IMG/VR virus record: IMGVR_UViG_3300020281_000010
Direction: 5' to 3' (one strand)
Source of the DNA: a virus
DNA length: 64,000 bases
The notes below the pieces were generated by a model. The model was not told where the DNA came from, searched no databases, and saw only the letters and a list, made by a program, of their open reading frames with translations. This document shows, piece by piece, positions 1 through 9,351 of the stretch (positions are counted from its first letter, which is position 1; every line of letters starts with the position of its first letter). Made by a program: the position numbers and the translations under genes.

Positions 1-10
1 TGATAGGGTA

Positions 11-877
11 ATGCCATTAAATTCTTTTTTCACACAAGGGACAAGCGGCGAGCAACAACTCGTTGAAGATCTTGTCGTAGAACAAATTAAAATGTTCGGG
101 GTAGAGGTTTATTACATCCCTAGAACATTAGTTTCTGAGGATACAGTCCTTGGAGAGGATTCATTGAACTCATTTGATTCTGCATATCAAATCGAAGCAT
201 ACCTAGAAAACGTACAAGGGTTTGGTGGAGATGGAGATCTGTTCAGTAAGTTTGGTGTGAGAATTGCTGACCAAGTTAACTTTGTTATTGCACGTAAAAG
301 ATTTCAAGATCTAGTAGATGATAATACAACACTGGTTGTAGAAGGTAGACCAAACGAAGGAGATTTGGTTTACTTCCCTCTTGCTAACAAACTATTTTCT
401 ATTCAATATGTTGAGCACGAGCAACCATTCTATCAATTAAATAAGATCCACGTATGGGGTCTCAAGTGTGAACTCTTCGAATACAGTGGAGAAGACCTCG
501 ATACTGGTGTCGAAGAAATCGATGTTATCGAGAGAAACCTTGCACAAACTATTACCGTCAACTTCGCTACTGGCGGCACTGGTACATTTACAGTTGGTGA
601 GGAAATCGCAGGTGGTACATCTAATGTTACTGCCGAAGTTAAGTCTTGGGATTCTACCAACAGACAACTACAAGTGTACAACAGGTCTGGTATTTTCACC
701 ATTCCTGAAACAGTAACTGGTCAAACTTCAGGTGCTGCCTGGACTACTGCAAGTTACAATACACTAAATAATACGAACTCAGAGTTTGATGCCAATGCTG
801 ACTTTGAGACCCTTGGGGACTCTATCATTGACTTCAGTCAAAGTAATCCCTTTGGTGAAATTGGAGGTGCTAGTTAA
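11..877 (+). CDS. gp14: Neck protein (T4 gp14-like)
   Basis: N-terminus EQQLVEDLVVEQIKMFGVEVYYIPR and RPNEGDLVYFP motif typical of gp14; directly upstream of gp15. Confidence 0.9.
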   Translation: MPLNSFFTQGTSGEQQLVEDLVVEQIKMFGVEVYYIPRTLVSEDTVLGEDSLNSFDSAYQIEAYLENVQGFGGDGDLFSKFGVRIADQVNFVIARKRFQDLVDDNTTLVVEGRPNEGDLVYFPLANKLFSIQYVEHEQPFYQLNKIHVWGLKCELFEYSGEDLDTGVEEIDVIERNLAQTITVNFATGGTGTFTVGEEIAGGTSNVTAEVKSWDSTNRQLQVYNRSGIFTIPETVTGQTSGAAWTTASYNTLNNTNSEFDANADFETLGDSIIDFSQSNPFGEIGGAS

Positions 878-1674
878 TGTTAGGAACGTATTCTTACAAC
901 GAAATCTTTAGAAAGACTGTTATTGCTTTCGGTACACTGTTCAATAATATTGAAATCAAACGTACTGAAGGTAGTAGAACCGAGGTTATGAAAGTACCCT
1001 TGGCATATGGTCCTAAAGATAAGTTCCTTGCACGTCTTAGGCAAGTAGGAGATCTGACAACTAAAGATGCTGTTCAGATTACACTACCTAGAATCTCTTT
1101 TGAGATCTCTGGATTTGCTTATGATGCTACCAGAAAGGTATCACCAACACAGGTGATTCGTTATACAGGTAGTGATAGTAAGACTAGAAAATCGTTTATG
1201 CCAGTCCCATATAATGTGGACTTTGAGTTAGCGATTATGGCAAAGAACCAAGATGATGGTTTACAGATTCTTGAACAGATCTTGCCATTCTTTCAACCGA
1301 TGTTTAACATCACCCTGAATCTTCAGGAAGCAATCGGTGAGACTAAGGATTTCCCAGTCACACTGAACTCAGTAGTTTATGAAGATGACTACGAAGGTGA
1401 TTACACCACACGTAGAACTCTGATTTATACATTATCGTTCTCTGCTAAAACATATGTTTACGGTCCTGTCTCTGACGTTACCGATAAACTTATCAAGAAA
1501 GCGATCGTGGATACCGCTGCAGACAGCAAACGTACTGCTGCACGTGAGATGAGGTACACAGTTCAACCTGATCCTCTTACTGCTGATCCTGATGATAACT
1601 TCGGATTTAATGAACTCTATAGTGAATTCTCAGATGGAAAATCAAGAAACCCAGTCACAGGAAACGACGAGTAA
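877..1674 (+). CDS. gp15: Tail sheath stabilizer / tail completion protein
   Basis: FRKTVIAFGTLFNNI, KVPLAYGPKDKFLARL and ILEQILPFFQP motifs. Confidence 0.92.
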   Translation: MLGTYSYNEIFRKTVIAFGTLFNNIEIKRTEGSRTEVMKVPLAYGPKDKFLARLRQVGDLTTKDAVQITLPRISFEISGFAYDATRKVSPTQVIRYTGSDSKTRKSFMPVPYNVDFELAIMAKNQDDGLQILEQILPFFQPMFNITLNLQEAIGETKDFPVTLNSVVYEDDYEGDYTTRRTLIYTLSFSAKTYVYGPVSDVTDKLIKKAIVDTAADSKRTAAREMRYTVQPDPLTADPDDNFGFNELYSEFSDGKSRNPVTGNDE

Positions 1675-2080
1675 ATACGACGGTATTGAAGATGCTCTTG
1701 ATGTGGAAACATCTCTGGTCAAACCAGGTGAACCACAAAAGAAATCAATCGTACCAAATGTTACTGATCAACAGATCAAAGACTATGAGTATTCTCGTGG
1801 AAACTTCTACTCACTGATCGAGAAAGGTCAAGAGGCAGTTGATGGTATTCTTGAATTAGCACAAGAGTCTGACTCACCTAGAGCATACGAAGTTGCAGGT
1901 AATTTAATTAAGAACGTTGCTGATACTGCTGATAAGTTGGCAGACCTTCACAAGAAAATGATAGAGATCGAAGAAGGTCCTAAGGGTCAGGCAGCAAAAA
2001 ACGTTACAAACAATACGATGTTTGTTGGTTCAACAGCAGAACTTGCCAAGTTCTTGAAGCAACAGAAATCTGATAAATAG
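1634..2080 (+). CDS. gp16: Terminase small subunit
   Basis: DYEYSRGNFYSLIEKGQEAVDGILELAQESDSPRAYEVA and NNTMFVGSTAEL motifs; ATG at 1634 preferred over the track start at 1592. Confidence 0.9.
   Translation: MENQETQSQETTSKYDGIEDALDVETSLVKPGEPQKKSIVPNVTDQQIKDYEYSRGNFYSLIEKGQEAVDGILELAQESDSPRAYEVAGNLIKNVADTADKLADLHKKMIEIEEGPKGQAAKNVTNNTMFVGSTAELAKFLKQQKSDK
2072..2079 (+). promoter_or_regulatory. T4-type late promoter (GATAAATA)
   Basis: NATAAATA box about 25 nt upstream of ORF 2104. Confidence 0.65.
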
Positions 2081-2103
2081 TAAAAACAAGTATTACCAAG
2101 TCG

Positions 2104-2655
2104 ATGTCTGTATTAAATGTATTAGATACTACGACAGTGAGTGGATCAGGTACCGCTTATATTGTCGTCAAAACTGGTGTTGTACGGGCATATGCTGCTA
2201 GTGCTTCTTCCATTCAGTTCGATGCGGGTCCTGCTATTACCTTGGCAGCAGGCGAAGCAATTCTTCTTTCCTGTGGAAAGTCAAAGAACGTTAGTGTCCA
2301 CGCTGCGACTAACGCGGACCCTTGTGTATTCAGCGTTGGTGGGGCGGGCGTCGGTTCAGGAGCAGGAGGAAGACATACTTTTGCTGTTGGCGATTATATT
2401 CAAACAGTTGATGGTGGAGATACAAACGGATTTGGTTCCGACTTTGTATCTGCTGCTTCAGGTGGTAAAAAAGTAACTGCTGTGACTGACCTGACTATCA
2501 CAACAGATATTGATGCCTCTGGTGCAAGTGCTGCATATACTTTGAGTGATGCAGACATCATTGCAAACACAGTTCCTCAAATCCAGAGAACTGTAAAACT
2601 CACAGCAGGTTCCGCTAACGTCATCGTCGAACAAGTACAAATTGTTGGTGGTTGA
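2104..2655 (+). CDS. Probable virion structural protein (Gly/Ala/Thr-rich beta protein)
   Basis: Small-residue-rich composition, late promoter and position next to gp16. Confidence 0.55.
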   Translation: MSVLNVLDTTTVSGSGTAYIVVKTGVVRAYAASASSIQFDAGPAITLAAGEAILLSCGKSKNVSVHAATNADPCVFSVGGAGVGSGAGGRHTFAVGDYIQTVDGGDTNGFGSDFVSAASGGKKVTAVTDLTITTDIDASGASAAYTLSDADIIANTVPQIQRTVKLTAGSANVIVEQVQIVGG

Positions 2656-2657
2656 TA

Positions 2658-3344
2658 ATGGAGAAGCAGGCACCTCAAAAAACTAAGGAGAATCCTAAGG
2701 ATCAAGCGATCAAGAAGACCAAGCAACTTCTAGACCGCAGGCAACTTATGATTAATCTTAGGAAGTTGCAACTCCAGAGAAAATCAGTTCAAAACAAGGG
2801 TACTACCGATATGACGCTACAAACACAATCATATGCTATACTAAGTTTCGGAGAGTTTATCTCTGAGGGTGGTCTCGCCCGTGCTATGCAAAAGTCCAAC
2901 ACCAAAGTGACTGGACATATCAGTGCTGACCGTGGATCTTCTGAAAAGGAGAACCGTAGTAAAAGAAAAGGACTTGAGAAAGACCTTAAGAAGCACGGTA
3001 TTGGTCACAAGAAAGGTGTCGGAGAATATAAATATGATTCAGGTGAGACAGGTCGTGAGGTTTCATACCACACTTCCAAACCCGACAAAATGTCGAAACG
3101 TAGATTCGGCAAGGTGATGCGTCGTCTTGGTCGTAAGCACGGACAAGAATCTGTGATTACTAAAGACAAGGACAAGTCTGCTAAACTTCACTATACAGAG
3201 AAGGGAAGCAAGGCGAAATCTGATAGCATCGGTAAAACAAAAGTCGGAAAACATCCTGAAGGATATGGTGAAACATCATCCACTAAGGTGCGTTCAGGCA
3301 AACTTCCCTCTAAATCTAAGGATAGAAAGTTTCATTATGGCTAG
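2658..3344 (+). CDS. Lys-rich hypothetical protein with internal FGEFISE/GG motif
   Basis: ORF track; very basic C-terminal two-thirds follows a CTS-like, gp21-like cleavage motif. Confidence 0.7.
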   Translation: MEKQAPQKTKENPKDQAIKKTKQLLDRRQLMINLRKLQLQRKSVQNKGTTDMTLQTQSYAILSFGEFISEGGLARAMQKSNTKVTGHISADRGSSEKENRSKRKGLEKDLKKHGIGHKKGVGEYKYDSGETGREVSYHTSKPDKMSKRRFGKVMRRLGRKHGQESVITKDKDKSAKLHYTEKGSKAKSDSIGKTKVGKHPEGYGETSSTKVRSGKLPSKSKDRKFHYG

Positions 3345-3480
3345 TCAAAACGACAACGGGCAGTGGGTATGTCAGTATTGCGGACTCACTTCACCTCAAG
3401 GGCATTGGCGTCCTAAAACTTGGATCGAAAAGCACGAAATGAATTGTGCATCTAACCCTAAAAACAATAAAGAGAAATGA
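3337..3480 (+). CDS. 47-aa CCHC zinc-finger-like peptide
   Basis: MASQNDNGQWVCQYCGLTSPQGHWRPKTWIEKHEMNCASNPKNNKEK; overlaps both neighbours. Confidence 0.6.
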   Translation: MASQNDNGQWVCQYCGLTSPQGHWRPKTWIEKHEMNCASNPKNNKEK

Positions 3481-4013
3481 AATCTTTCAGAGAGTTCCAC
3501 GAAACCAAAGATGATCCCATCGAAGAAGGTGTGGGACTCGCTGTAGCGCGAGCAATCGACAAGACTAATCCTCCTTTGGGTAGACCATCCAGAAGAAGAA
3601 AGATCTCTCACGCATTGAAGATGAGAGAAATCATTAGAGATACTAAGAGAAACAAACAGAAAGACGATCCTTATTCAGCAGGTAAGGTTGCTAAGGCAGC
3701 ACTTGGTGGAAAGGATAGTAAGAAGAAAAAGAAACCAGAAAAATCTCCTGTTAACTTCCTACAGGACAAGGACGTAAAAGAAAGTGCTTGGCAAAGAAAG
3801 GAAGGCAAGAATCCTAGTGGTGGACTGAACGAGAAAGGACGTAAGTCCTATGAAAGAGAGAACCCTGGTTCAGATCTTAAAGCACCACAACCAGAAGGCG
3901 GTCCTAGAAAGAGATCATTCTGTGCTCGTATGGGTGGAATGAAAGGACCAATGAAAGACGATAAAGGCAAACCTACACGTAAGGCACTCGCACTTAGAAA
4001 GTGGAAGTGCTAA
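3477..4013 (+). CDS. Basic modular hypothetical protein (C-terminal DUF6321-like module)
   Basis: MKSFREFHE N-terminus; C-terminal AWQRKEGKNPSGGLNEKGRKSY...RKRSFCARM...LRKWKC module. Confidence 0.75.
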   Translation: MKSFREFHETKDDPIEEGVGLAVARAIDKTNPPLGRPSRRRKISHALKMREIIRDTKRNKQKDDPYSAGKVAKAALGGKDSKKKKKPEKSPVNFLQDKDVKESAWQRKEGKNPSGGLNEKGRKSYERENPGSDLKAPQPEGGPRKRSFCARMGGMKGPMKDDKGKPTRKALALRKWKC

Positions 4014-4087
4014 TGGATGAAAGAAGGAAACCTATAGGTAGAGCAAAATTCCACCTCAAGGTGACTGACCATTTCGCAAAGAGTTTC

Positions 4088-4116
4088 TTGACATATATAA
4101 TATTCTACCCTAAATT
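4088..4116 (+). promoter_or_regulatory. sigma70-like promoter
   Basis: TTGACA-N17-TAAATT upstream of ORF 4144. Confidence 0.55.
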
Positions 4117-4143
4117 CTTCTAGTAACCTTTGGAGATGACTTT

Positions 4144-4401
4144 ATGCAATTCGAGCAAAAGGTCTGCGAAAAATGTGGTGCTACTTGGTTGAACGGTCAA
4201 CACCGTTGGACTGGTACAGGTGCTGAGGGGAATGAACTAGACTTAGCAGGTTTAGTGTGTAATAATATAGATACAACAGACCCAGACTACACCAAATGTA
4301 TTAACCCTATGCGAGGGCAGACAGGAGGTGATACGTGGGAATATAGACGTGGTTTTATTGACGGTGCACTTAGTCAGTTCCCTAAAAACAGGGATTCCTG
4401 A
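4144..4401 (+). CDS. Hypothetical Cys-rich protein
   Basis: CEKCGATWLNGQHRW...DLAGLVCN...CINP; probable metal binding. Confidence 0.7.
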   Translation: MQFEQKVCEKCGATWLNGQHRWTGTGAEGNELDLAGLVCNNIDTTDPDYTKCINPMRGQTGGDTWEYRRGFIDGALSQFPKNRDS

Positions 4402-4458
4402 CAGACTGTAAACACAGTTGGTGACTGGTGTAAATACCAGTAGTTGATAAAATTATTA

Positions 4459-4782
4459 ATGAAGTTCATTTTTGCATTAATTGCTACAATGTTCTTGGCA
4501 CTGCCTGTCTATGCTGTAGATGTTACAATGGGAAGTGGCGGAAACCTAGTTTTCGAACCTAGCGATATTTCTATATCCGCAGGTGATACTGTTCACTTTG
4601 TGAATGGTATGTTGCCCCCACACAATATCATTGTCGAAGGTCGTGCAGATCTATCAAGAGAGTCACTTATGTTCTCTCCTGGTGAATCTCAGGACATCAC
4701 ATTCACTGATCCTGGTGACTATGAATTCTTTTGTGGTCCACATCAAGGAGCAGGAATGACTGGAACAATTCACGTAAACTGA
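4459..4782 (+). CDS. petE: Plastocyanin with signal peptide
   Basis: Signal peptide ending PVYA; LVFEP, PPHNI, YEFFCGPHQGAGM type-1 copper ligands (H, C, H, M). Confidence 0.95.
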   Translation: MKFIFALIATMFLALPVYAVDVTMGSGGNLVFEPSDISISAGDTVHFVNGMLPPHNIIVEGRADLSRESLMFSPGESQDITFTDPGDYEFFCGPHQGAGMTGTIHVN

Positions 4783-5123
4783 TGACTCAAACACCAGAAA
4801 AACCATCTATAACAGATGTAACTAATTCCCAAAAAGATTGGGAAGATTTTTGGAACTCTGAAAATATCGACGCAGATTTTTGGATGCCCGAACTCGGAGA
4901 TGATCCTATGGCACATCGTTTCAAAGAAATTCTACCACATCATCCTACACGTGATGAAGTGGATGAAATGATCGAAGCAAAGATTCGGCGTCACAACCGT
5001 AACGCTTCGATGGTAAGTATGGTGCTCGGAATTATGTTCCTTGCAGCATTTGTAGATGGTTTTCTGAGAGTGATTGGAAAAATTGCACCTTTCTTAGGTA
5101 TAGACGTTTCTATTATGGGATGA
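4782..5123 (+). CDS. Hypothetical membrane protein
   Basis: TGATG coupling to petE; hydrophobic C-terminus after RRHNRNAS. Confidence 0.65.
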   Translation: MTQTPEKPSITDVTNSQKDWEDFWNSENIDADFWMPELGDDPMAHRFKEILPHHPTRDEVDEMIEAKIRRHNRNASMVSMVLGIMFLAAFVDGFLRVIGKIAPFLGIDVSIMG

Positions 5124-5136
5124 TCCCATATTTTAT

Positions 5137-5316
5137 ATGCAAGACACCAAGTACAATATCCTCTGCCAAGAGGATTACAAATTGATTATCGACGCTTTAT
5201 GGAAGCGTCAACGTTGCTTCATCGCAGGCGATAGAATGTACAAAGAGTACGGTAGTCTAATTAACGAGATGGAACGCAGACAAAGTTCTGCTATTCCAAG
5301 GAGAGTTTGGGAATGA
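5137..5316 (+). CDS. 59-aa hypothetical protein (not in ORF track)
   Basis: Manual translation MQDTKYNILCQEDYKLIIDALWKRQRCFIAGDRMYKEYGSLINEMERR...; fills the gap before PTOX. Confidence 0.6.
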   Translation: MQDTKYNILCQEDYKLIIDALWKRQRCFIAGDRMYKEYGSLINEMERRQSSAIPRRVWE

Positions 5317-5319
5317 CCT

Positions 5320-5829
5320 ATGAAAACTCTAAACAAAATAACGCTTGACGTTACTATCACAATTATTGACTTCCTCTACAGAGGTCGTCACTTTCCAAGA
5401 TTTTGGGTGCTTGAGGAGATCGCTCGGGCACCCTATTTTGCTTTTTTGAGCGTACTGCATTTAAGAGAATCTCTGGGACTTCGAACAGAATCCCACTTCT
5501 ATTTGATGAGAGAACACTTCGAACAGTCAGTCAATGAAACAGAACATCTTGTTTATATGGAATCTAGGGGTGGTAATTCTTATTGGATTGATCGTTTTGT
5601 TGCCCGACATCTGGTACTTATCTATTATTGGGTTAACGTGGTTTACTATTGGTTATTTCCTGTCTCTGCCTATCATCTCTCGTACCTGATTGAGAAGCAC
5701 GCTGCTGAAACTTACCGTAAGTATTTGGCATTTGTGGATGGTCAGGATACCAAGATAGAAGAGATTATGCAGGATGAAATCAATCATTCAAATGAACTAC
5801 ATAAAGCAATGGAACTGATTTTACAATGA
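5320..5829 (+). CDS. ptoX: Plastoquinol terminal oxidase (alternative oxidase family)
   Basis: RFWVLEEIARAPYFAFLSVLHLRESLG; di-iron ligands NETEH, EKHA, DEINH. Confidence 0.93.
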   Translation: MKTLNKITLDVTITIIDFLYRGRHFPRFWVLEEIARAPYFAFLSVLHLRESLGLRTESHFYLMREHFEQSVNETEHLVYMESRGGNSYWIDRFVARHLVLIYYWVNVVYYWLFPVSAYHLSYLIEKHAAETYRKYLAFVDGQDTKIEEIMQDEINHSNELHKAMELILQ

Positions 5830-6848
5830 GAGTAGGACTAATAGGTCTAGGTCGTATGGGCGAGGGTATGTCTCGTCGTATGATGAAAGATGGTATCGAG
5901 GTTTGGGGTTACAGACGTAACTACGAGAAGGCACAAGAAGCGTATGAAAAAGGATACGTGGACGGTGTTGCTGTTGACATTGATTCTCTCGTATCACAAG
6001 TAAAACAAGGTGGTTCACCTGGCATCTTTATGATGGTTGTGCCTGCCGAAACAGTTGAGGAGACACTAAATGAGTTACTACGGTTTTGTAGTGAGGGAGA
6101 TATTATTATTGATCACGGCAATAGTAATTTTAAGGACAGTCGTAAAAGAGCAGAGCGCCTTGAAAAATTGGGCATCCAATATATTGACTGTGGTACTAGT
6201 GGTGGTGTCTTTGGTTTGGAGCGTGGATACTGTCTTATGGTTGGTGGTACAACTACAGCAGTATCTGTGTGCTCCCCCATTTTCCGCGCTCTTGCACCAG
6301 GGATGTCCGCTGCGCCCAGAACAGATAAATGGTCTAAGGCAACCAGTCCTGAATTCGGGTGGTTACATTGTGGATCTTCTGGCGCAGGTCATTTCGTGAA
6401 GATGGTTCACAATGGTGTTGAGTATGCAATGATGCAAGCATACGCTGAAGGATTTAATATCCTTCACGAAGCAAACGCAGGTTCTAAGTATGTCAAGGAA
6501 GGTGATGCTGAGGTCGCTCCTATGGAGCATCCAGAAGATTATTGCTATGACATTGACGTTGCTGAAGTTGCTGAGTTATGGCGTCGTGGTAGCGTGGTTG
6601 GTTCTTGGTTGCTTGACCTTACCGCTGATGTACTACGCGGCGATCACGAACTTAGCAAATTCGATGGGGGAGTATCAGACAGTGGTGAAGGTCGTTGGAC
6701 TGTTCACGCTGCTGTGGATCTTGGGGTACCCACTCCTACGATCAGTACAGCACTCTTTGAAAGATTCTCATCAAGAAAATTGAATGATTTTGCTAACAGA
6801 TGTCTTAATGGTATGAGGTATATGTTTGGAGGTCACAATGTTAGGTAA
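5826..6848 (+). CDS. gnd: 6-phosphogluconate dehydrogenase (decarboxylating)
   Basis: GLIGLGRMG Rossmann motif; DCGTSGG; GAGHFVKMVHNGVEY. Confidence 0.96.
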   Translation: MRVGLIGLGRMGEGMSRRMMKDGIEVWGYRRNYEKAQEAYEKGYVDGVAVDIDSLVSQVKQGGSPGIFMMVVPAETVEETLNELLRFCSEGDIIIDHGNSNFKDSRKRAERLEKLGIQYIDCGTSGGVFGLERGYCLMVGGTTTAVSVCSPIFRALAPGMSAAPRTDKWSKATSPEFGWLHCGSSGAGHFVKMVHNGVEYAMMQAYAEGFNILHEANAGSKYVKEGDAEVAPMEHPEDYCYDIDVAEVAELWRRGSVVGSWLLDLTADVLRGDHELSKFDGGVSDSGEGRWTVHAAVDLGVPTPTISTALFERFSSRKLNDFANRCLNGMRYMFGGHNVR

Positions 6849-6966
6849 TGTCTTACTATGGACATCAGTACCCTTTGTATGTGCCACCCTCGCATTTGCT
6901 AGATATAGGGGTGAAATATCGTATTATGAATCATCAGACTATGAAGGAAACGGAACCGCTCACTAA
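6838..6966 (+). CDS. ndhP: NdhP-like small NDH-1 subunit (42 aa, not in ORF track)
   Basis: Manual translation MLGNVLLWTSVPFVCATLAFARYRGEISYYESSDYEGNGTAH: one TM helix plus a C-terminus matching the cyanobacterial NdhP signature (FYDTDxYxGNGSAH, from memory). Confidence 0.75.
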   Translation: MLGNVLLWTSVPFVCATLAFARYRGEISYYESSDYEGNGTAH

Positions 6967-8290
6967 AGGCATTGTAATTTTTGGTGCTACTGGTGACCTT
7001 TGTAAGAAAAAGTTAATTCCCGCACTCTACAAACTATGGGAAAAAGAATTGCTGCCAGATCACTTCGTTATCACAGGTGCAGCACGACGAGTGAGGACAA
7101 CACAACAATGGATTAAAAGTCTGGGTATGGAATATCCAGAAGAGTTCTGCAGGATGTTGGACTATCAATCGTGTGATCTGGAGCACGTCGAGTCCCTACA
7201 AAAATTACCAAATTATTTGGATGATAACACCTACTTCCTTTCTGTACCACCAGAGCGTTACGAAAGTGCGATCACTAATCTCAAAGATGCAGGTTTACTT
7301 GAAGACCCCGATCAAAGTCGATTGGTTATCGAGAAACCCTTTGGGCACGATTATAAATCTGCTGATCGTTTACAGTCTGTGGTGGAGCGATCTTTACGCG
7401 AGAAACAAGTTTATCGCATTGACCATTATCTTGGCAAAGATACTGTTAACAATATACTTGCTACTCGATTCAGTAATATACTTCTCGAACCACTTTGGAA
7501 TAGGAATTACATAGAAGAGGTACAGATCTTTGCAACTGAAACTATCGGTTGTGATGGTCGTGCACAATACTATGACACAGCAGGTGCTGTCAGAGATATG
7601 CTGCAGAATCATATGATGCAGTTACTTGCTCTGATTGCAATGGAACCTCCTTGTCGTTTGAGTTCTACAGAGATTCGTAGAGAGAAGACAAAGGTTCTTG
7701 CTGCTGCACGTCTGGGTCAGAAGTTGGTTCTTGGTCAATATATTGGATACCAAGATGAAGAGGGTGTTGCACAACACACTAAAACACCAACGTTTGCCTC
7801 TGGCGATATTTACATTGATAACTGGAGATGGCAGGGTGTTCCTTTCTACTTTATGACTGGTAAGAAGATGCCTTATCAGTGTGTAGAGATCGTTATCAAA
7901 CTCAAAGAACCACCTCAGGTTCTATTCGAAGGACATAAATTTAATGATCGTATTGTAATCAGACTACAACCAACACCACACTTGGATATTCGTATGGATA
8001 TGAAAGCACCAGGTTTGGGTGAAGAGGTTGAGACTGCTACATTGACTCATCCATATCCAACAGAGAACTCTATTGATGGATATGAGAGATTGTTGTTTGA
8101 AGCAATCAATGGCAATCAATCACACTTTGTACACGCAGAGGAGATCATTGAGTCTTGGCGTATTGTGGATGATTTGATTTGTACTGGTGAGAAATGTCCT
8201 ATCCGTACTACACCTTACATCTATCATCAGGGTTCTTGGGGTCCACAACACAAGACAGAGTTTATTACTAACTGGGATTATCCACAATGA
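6941..8290 (+). CDS. zwf: Glucose-6-phosphate 1-dehydrogenase
   Basis: IVIFGATGDL, IEKPFGHD, YRIDHYLGK, DMLQNH; start moved from 6848 to 6941 (6926 also possible). Confidence 0.96.
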   Translation: MKETEPLTKGIVIFGATGDLCKKKLIPALYKLWEKELLPDHFVITGAARRVRTTQQWIKSLGMEYPEEFCRMLDYQSCDLEHVESLQKLPNYLDDNTYFLSVPPERYESAITNLKDAGLLEDPDQSRLVIEKPFGHDYKSADRLQSVVERSLREKQVYRIDHYLGKDTVNNILATRFSNILLEPLWNRNYIEEVQIFATETIGCDGRAQYYDTAGAVRDMLQNHMMQLLALIAMEPPCRLSSTEIRREKTKVLAAARLGQKLVLGQYIGYQDEEGVAQHTKTPTFASGDIYIDNWRWQGVPFYFMTGKKMPYQCVEIVIKLKEPPQVLFEGHKFNDRIVIRLQPTPHLDIRMDMKAPGLGEEVETATLTHPYPTENSIDGYERLLFEAINGNQSHFVHAEEIIESWRIVDDLICTGEKCPIRTTPYIYHQGSWGPQHKTEFITNWDYPQ

Positions 8291-8502
8291 ATCTAGTTCT
8301 CAGGACTCACGAAGACTACGGTGATCCTGTATGGGGAGTTATTATTATGCTTCTAATACTCCTCATAATCGTCACTTGGTATATCGTCTATATACTAAAA
8401 GAATCATTCAAGGAACTGGAAGATGATCCCCCCGAGTCGGAAGAGTTGCTACAACTTCAGAGTAGTAGAGATCAACAGAGTTCTGGACGGAGACACGATT
8501 GA
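8287..8502 (+). CDS. Small membrane hypothetical protein
   Basis: One long hydrophobic segment; ATGA overlap with zwf. Confidence 0.55.
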   Translation: MNLVLRTHEDYGDPVWGVIIMLLILLIIVTWYIVYILKESFKELEDDPPESEELLQLQSSRDQQSSGRRHD

Positions 8503-8875
8503 TGTAACAATCGATCTCGGTTTTGATCTATATAAAAAAGAGCGAGTAAGAATCGCGGGTGTTGACACCCCTGAGAAGAGGACTCGTAACTTAGAAGAGA
8601 AAGCACTTGGAATTGACGCAACAAACTGGCTCAAAGAAAAACTGGAGTCAACTCTCTCTGGTGATGATCAGTTGTCTATTAGGACTGAACTTGTTGGTGG
8701 TGTCGGTAAGTATGGTCGCTTACTCGGTTGGTTATATGTCGGGGATGAAGATGTGTCCCTTAATGAGCAAATGATTACTGAAGGATATGCTTGGGCATAT
8801 GACGGAGGTACAAAACAAAAGGATTTCGAAGAACTCAGAGAAATCCGTAGATCTTATGGAACTTTAACAGAATGA
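8423..8875 (+). CDS. Thermonuclease (SNase-like) endonuclease
   Basis: RVLDGDTIDV, RVRIAGVDTPE and GKYGRLLG motifs. Confidence 0.85.
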   Translation: MIPPSRKSCYNFRVVEINRVLDGDTIDVTIDLGFDLYKKERVRIAGVDTPEKRTRNLEEKALGIDATNWLKEKLESTLSGDDQLSIRTELVGGVGKYGRLLGWLYVGDEDVSLNEQMITEGYAWAYDGGTKQKDFEELREIRRSYGTLTE

Positions 8876-9075
8876 GAAAGGAACTTATCGAGGCAGTTAA
8901 ACTACACGCCTTAGGAAACATTGAAAAACATAAGATGAACGTAGAGGTTTATCTTGCTAACCCTGTCGGTATCGGAGAGCATCCTGATATTATGGCAGCA
9001 ATCGAAAGTGAGTTGGATCAGATCTCACACTACCACGATCAACTAGAGGTACTAGAAAAATACATCGAAAAATAA
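8872..9075 (+). CDS. Hypothetical protein
   Basis: VYLANPVGIGEHPDI motif; coupled to the upstream gene. Confidence 0.7.
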   Translation: MRKELIEAVKLHALGNIEKHKMNVEVYLANPVGIGEHPDIMAAIESELDQISHYHDQLEVLEKYIEK

Positions 9076-9351
9076 ATGGAACCATACCCACTCCCAGTAG
9101 AATTTTGGTTTGTTCTACTGGGAATTGCTGTCTCTTTAGGACTACAAGCAATGCTTATACTCAAAGAGTATGGCGGTTACTCAAAAAGACCTAAGACAGG
9201 ACACCCTGAGATAGATGAACTCAAGGGTGGAGAGAAACTGATGTCTGTAAAATTCAGGGAGATAGAGGTTAGTAACGAGGAGTATGAAGGGTATCAAGAA
9301 TTAAAAGAACGTATAGATAGTTTGAAACGGAAAGAAGCAGATGAGTCTTGA
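9076..9351 (+). CDS. Membrane hypothetical protein (possibly DUF2973-like)
   Basis: N-terminal TM segment followed by GHPEIDEL. Confidence 0.5.
   Translation: MEPYPLPVEFWFVLLGIAVSLGLQAMLILKEYGGYSKRPKTGHPEIDELKGGEKLMSVKFREIEVSNEEYEGYQELKERIDSLKRKEADES

Noticed and set aside
4013-4123. 36-codon ORF after the 3477 gene
   Set aside because: It overlaps the sigma70 promoter, has no recognisable motif and is too short to support
6848-6940. N-terminal extension of zwf in the ORF track
   Set aside because: This stretch is the NdhP-like ORF in another frame; G6PD homology begins at about 6941
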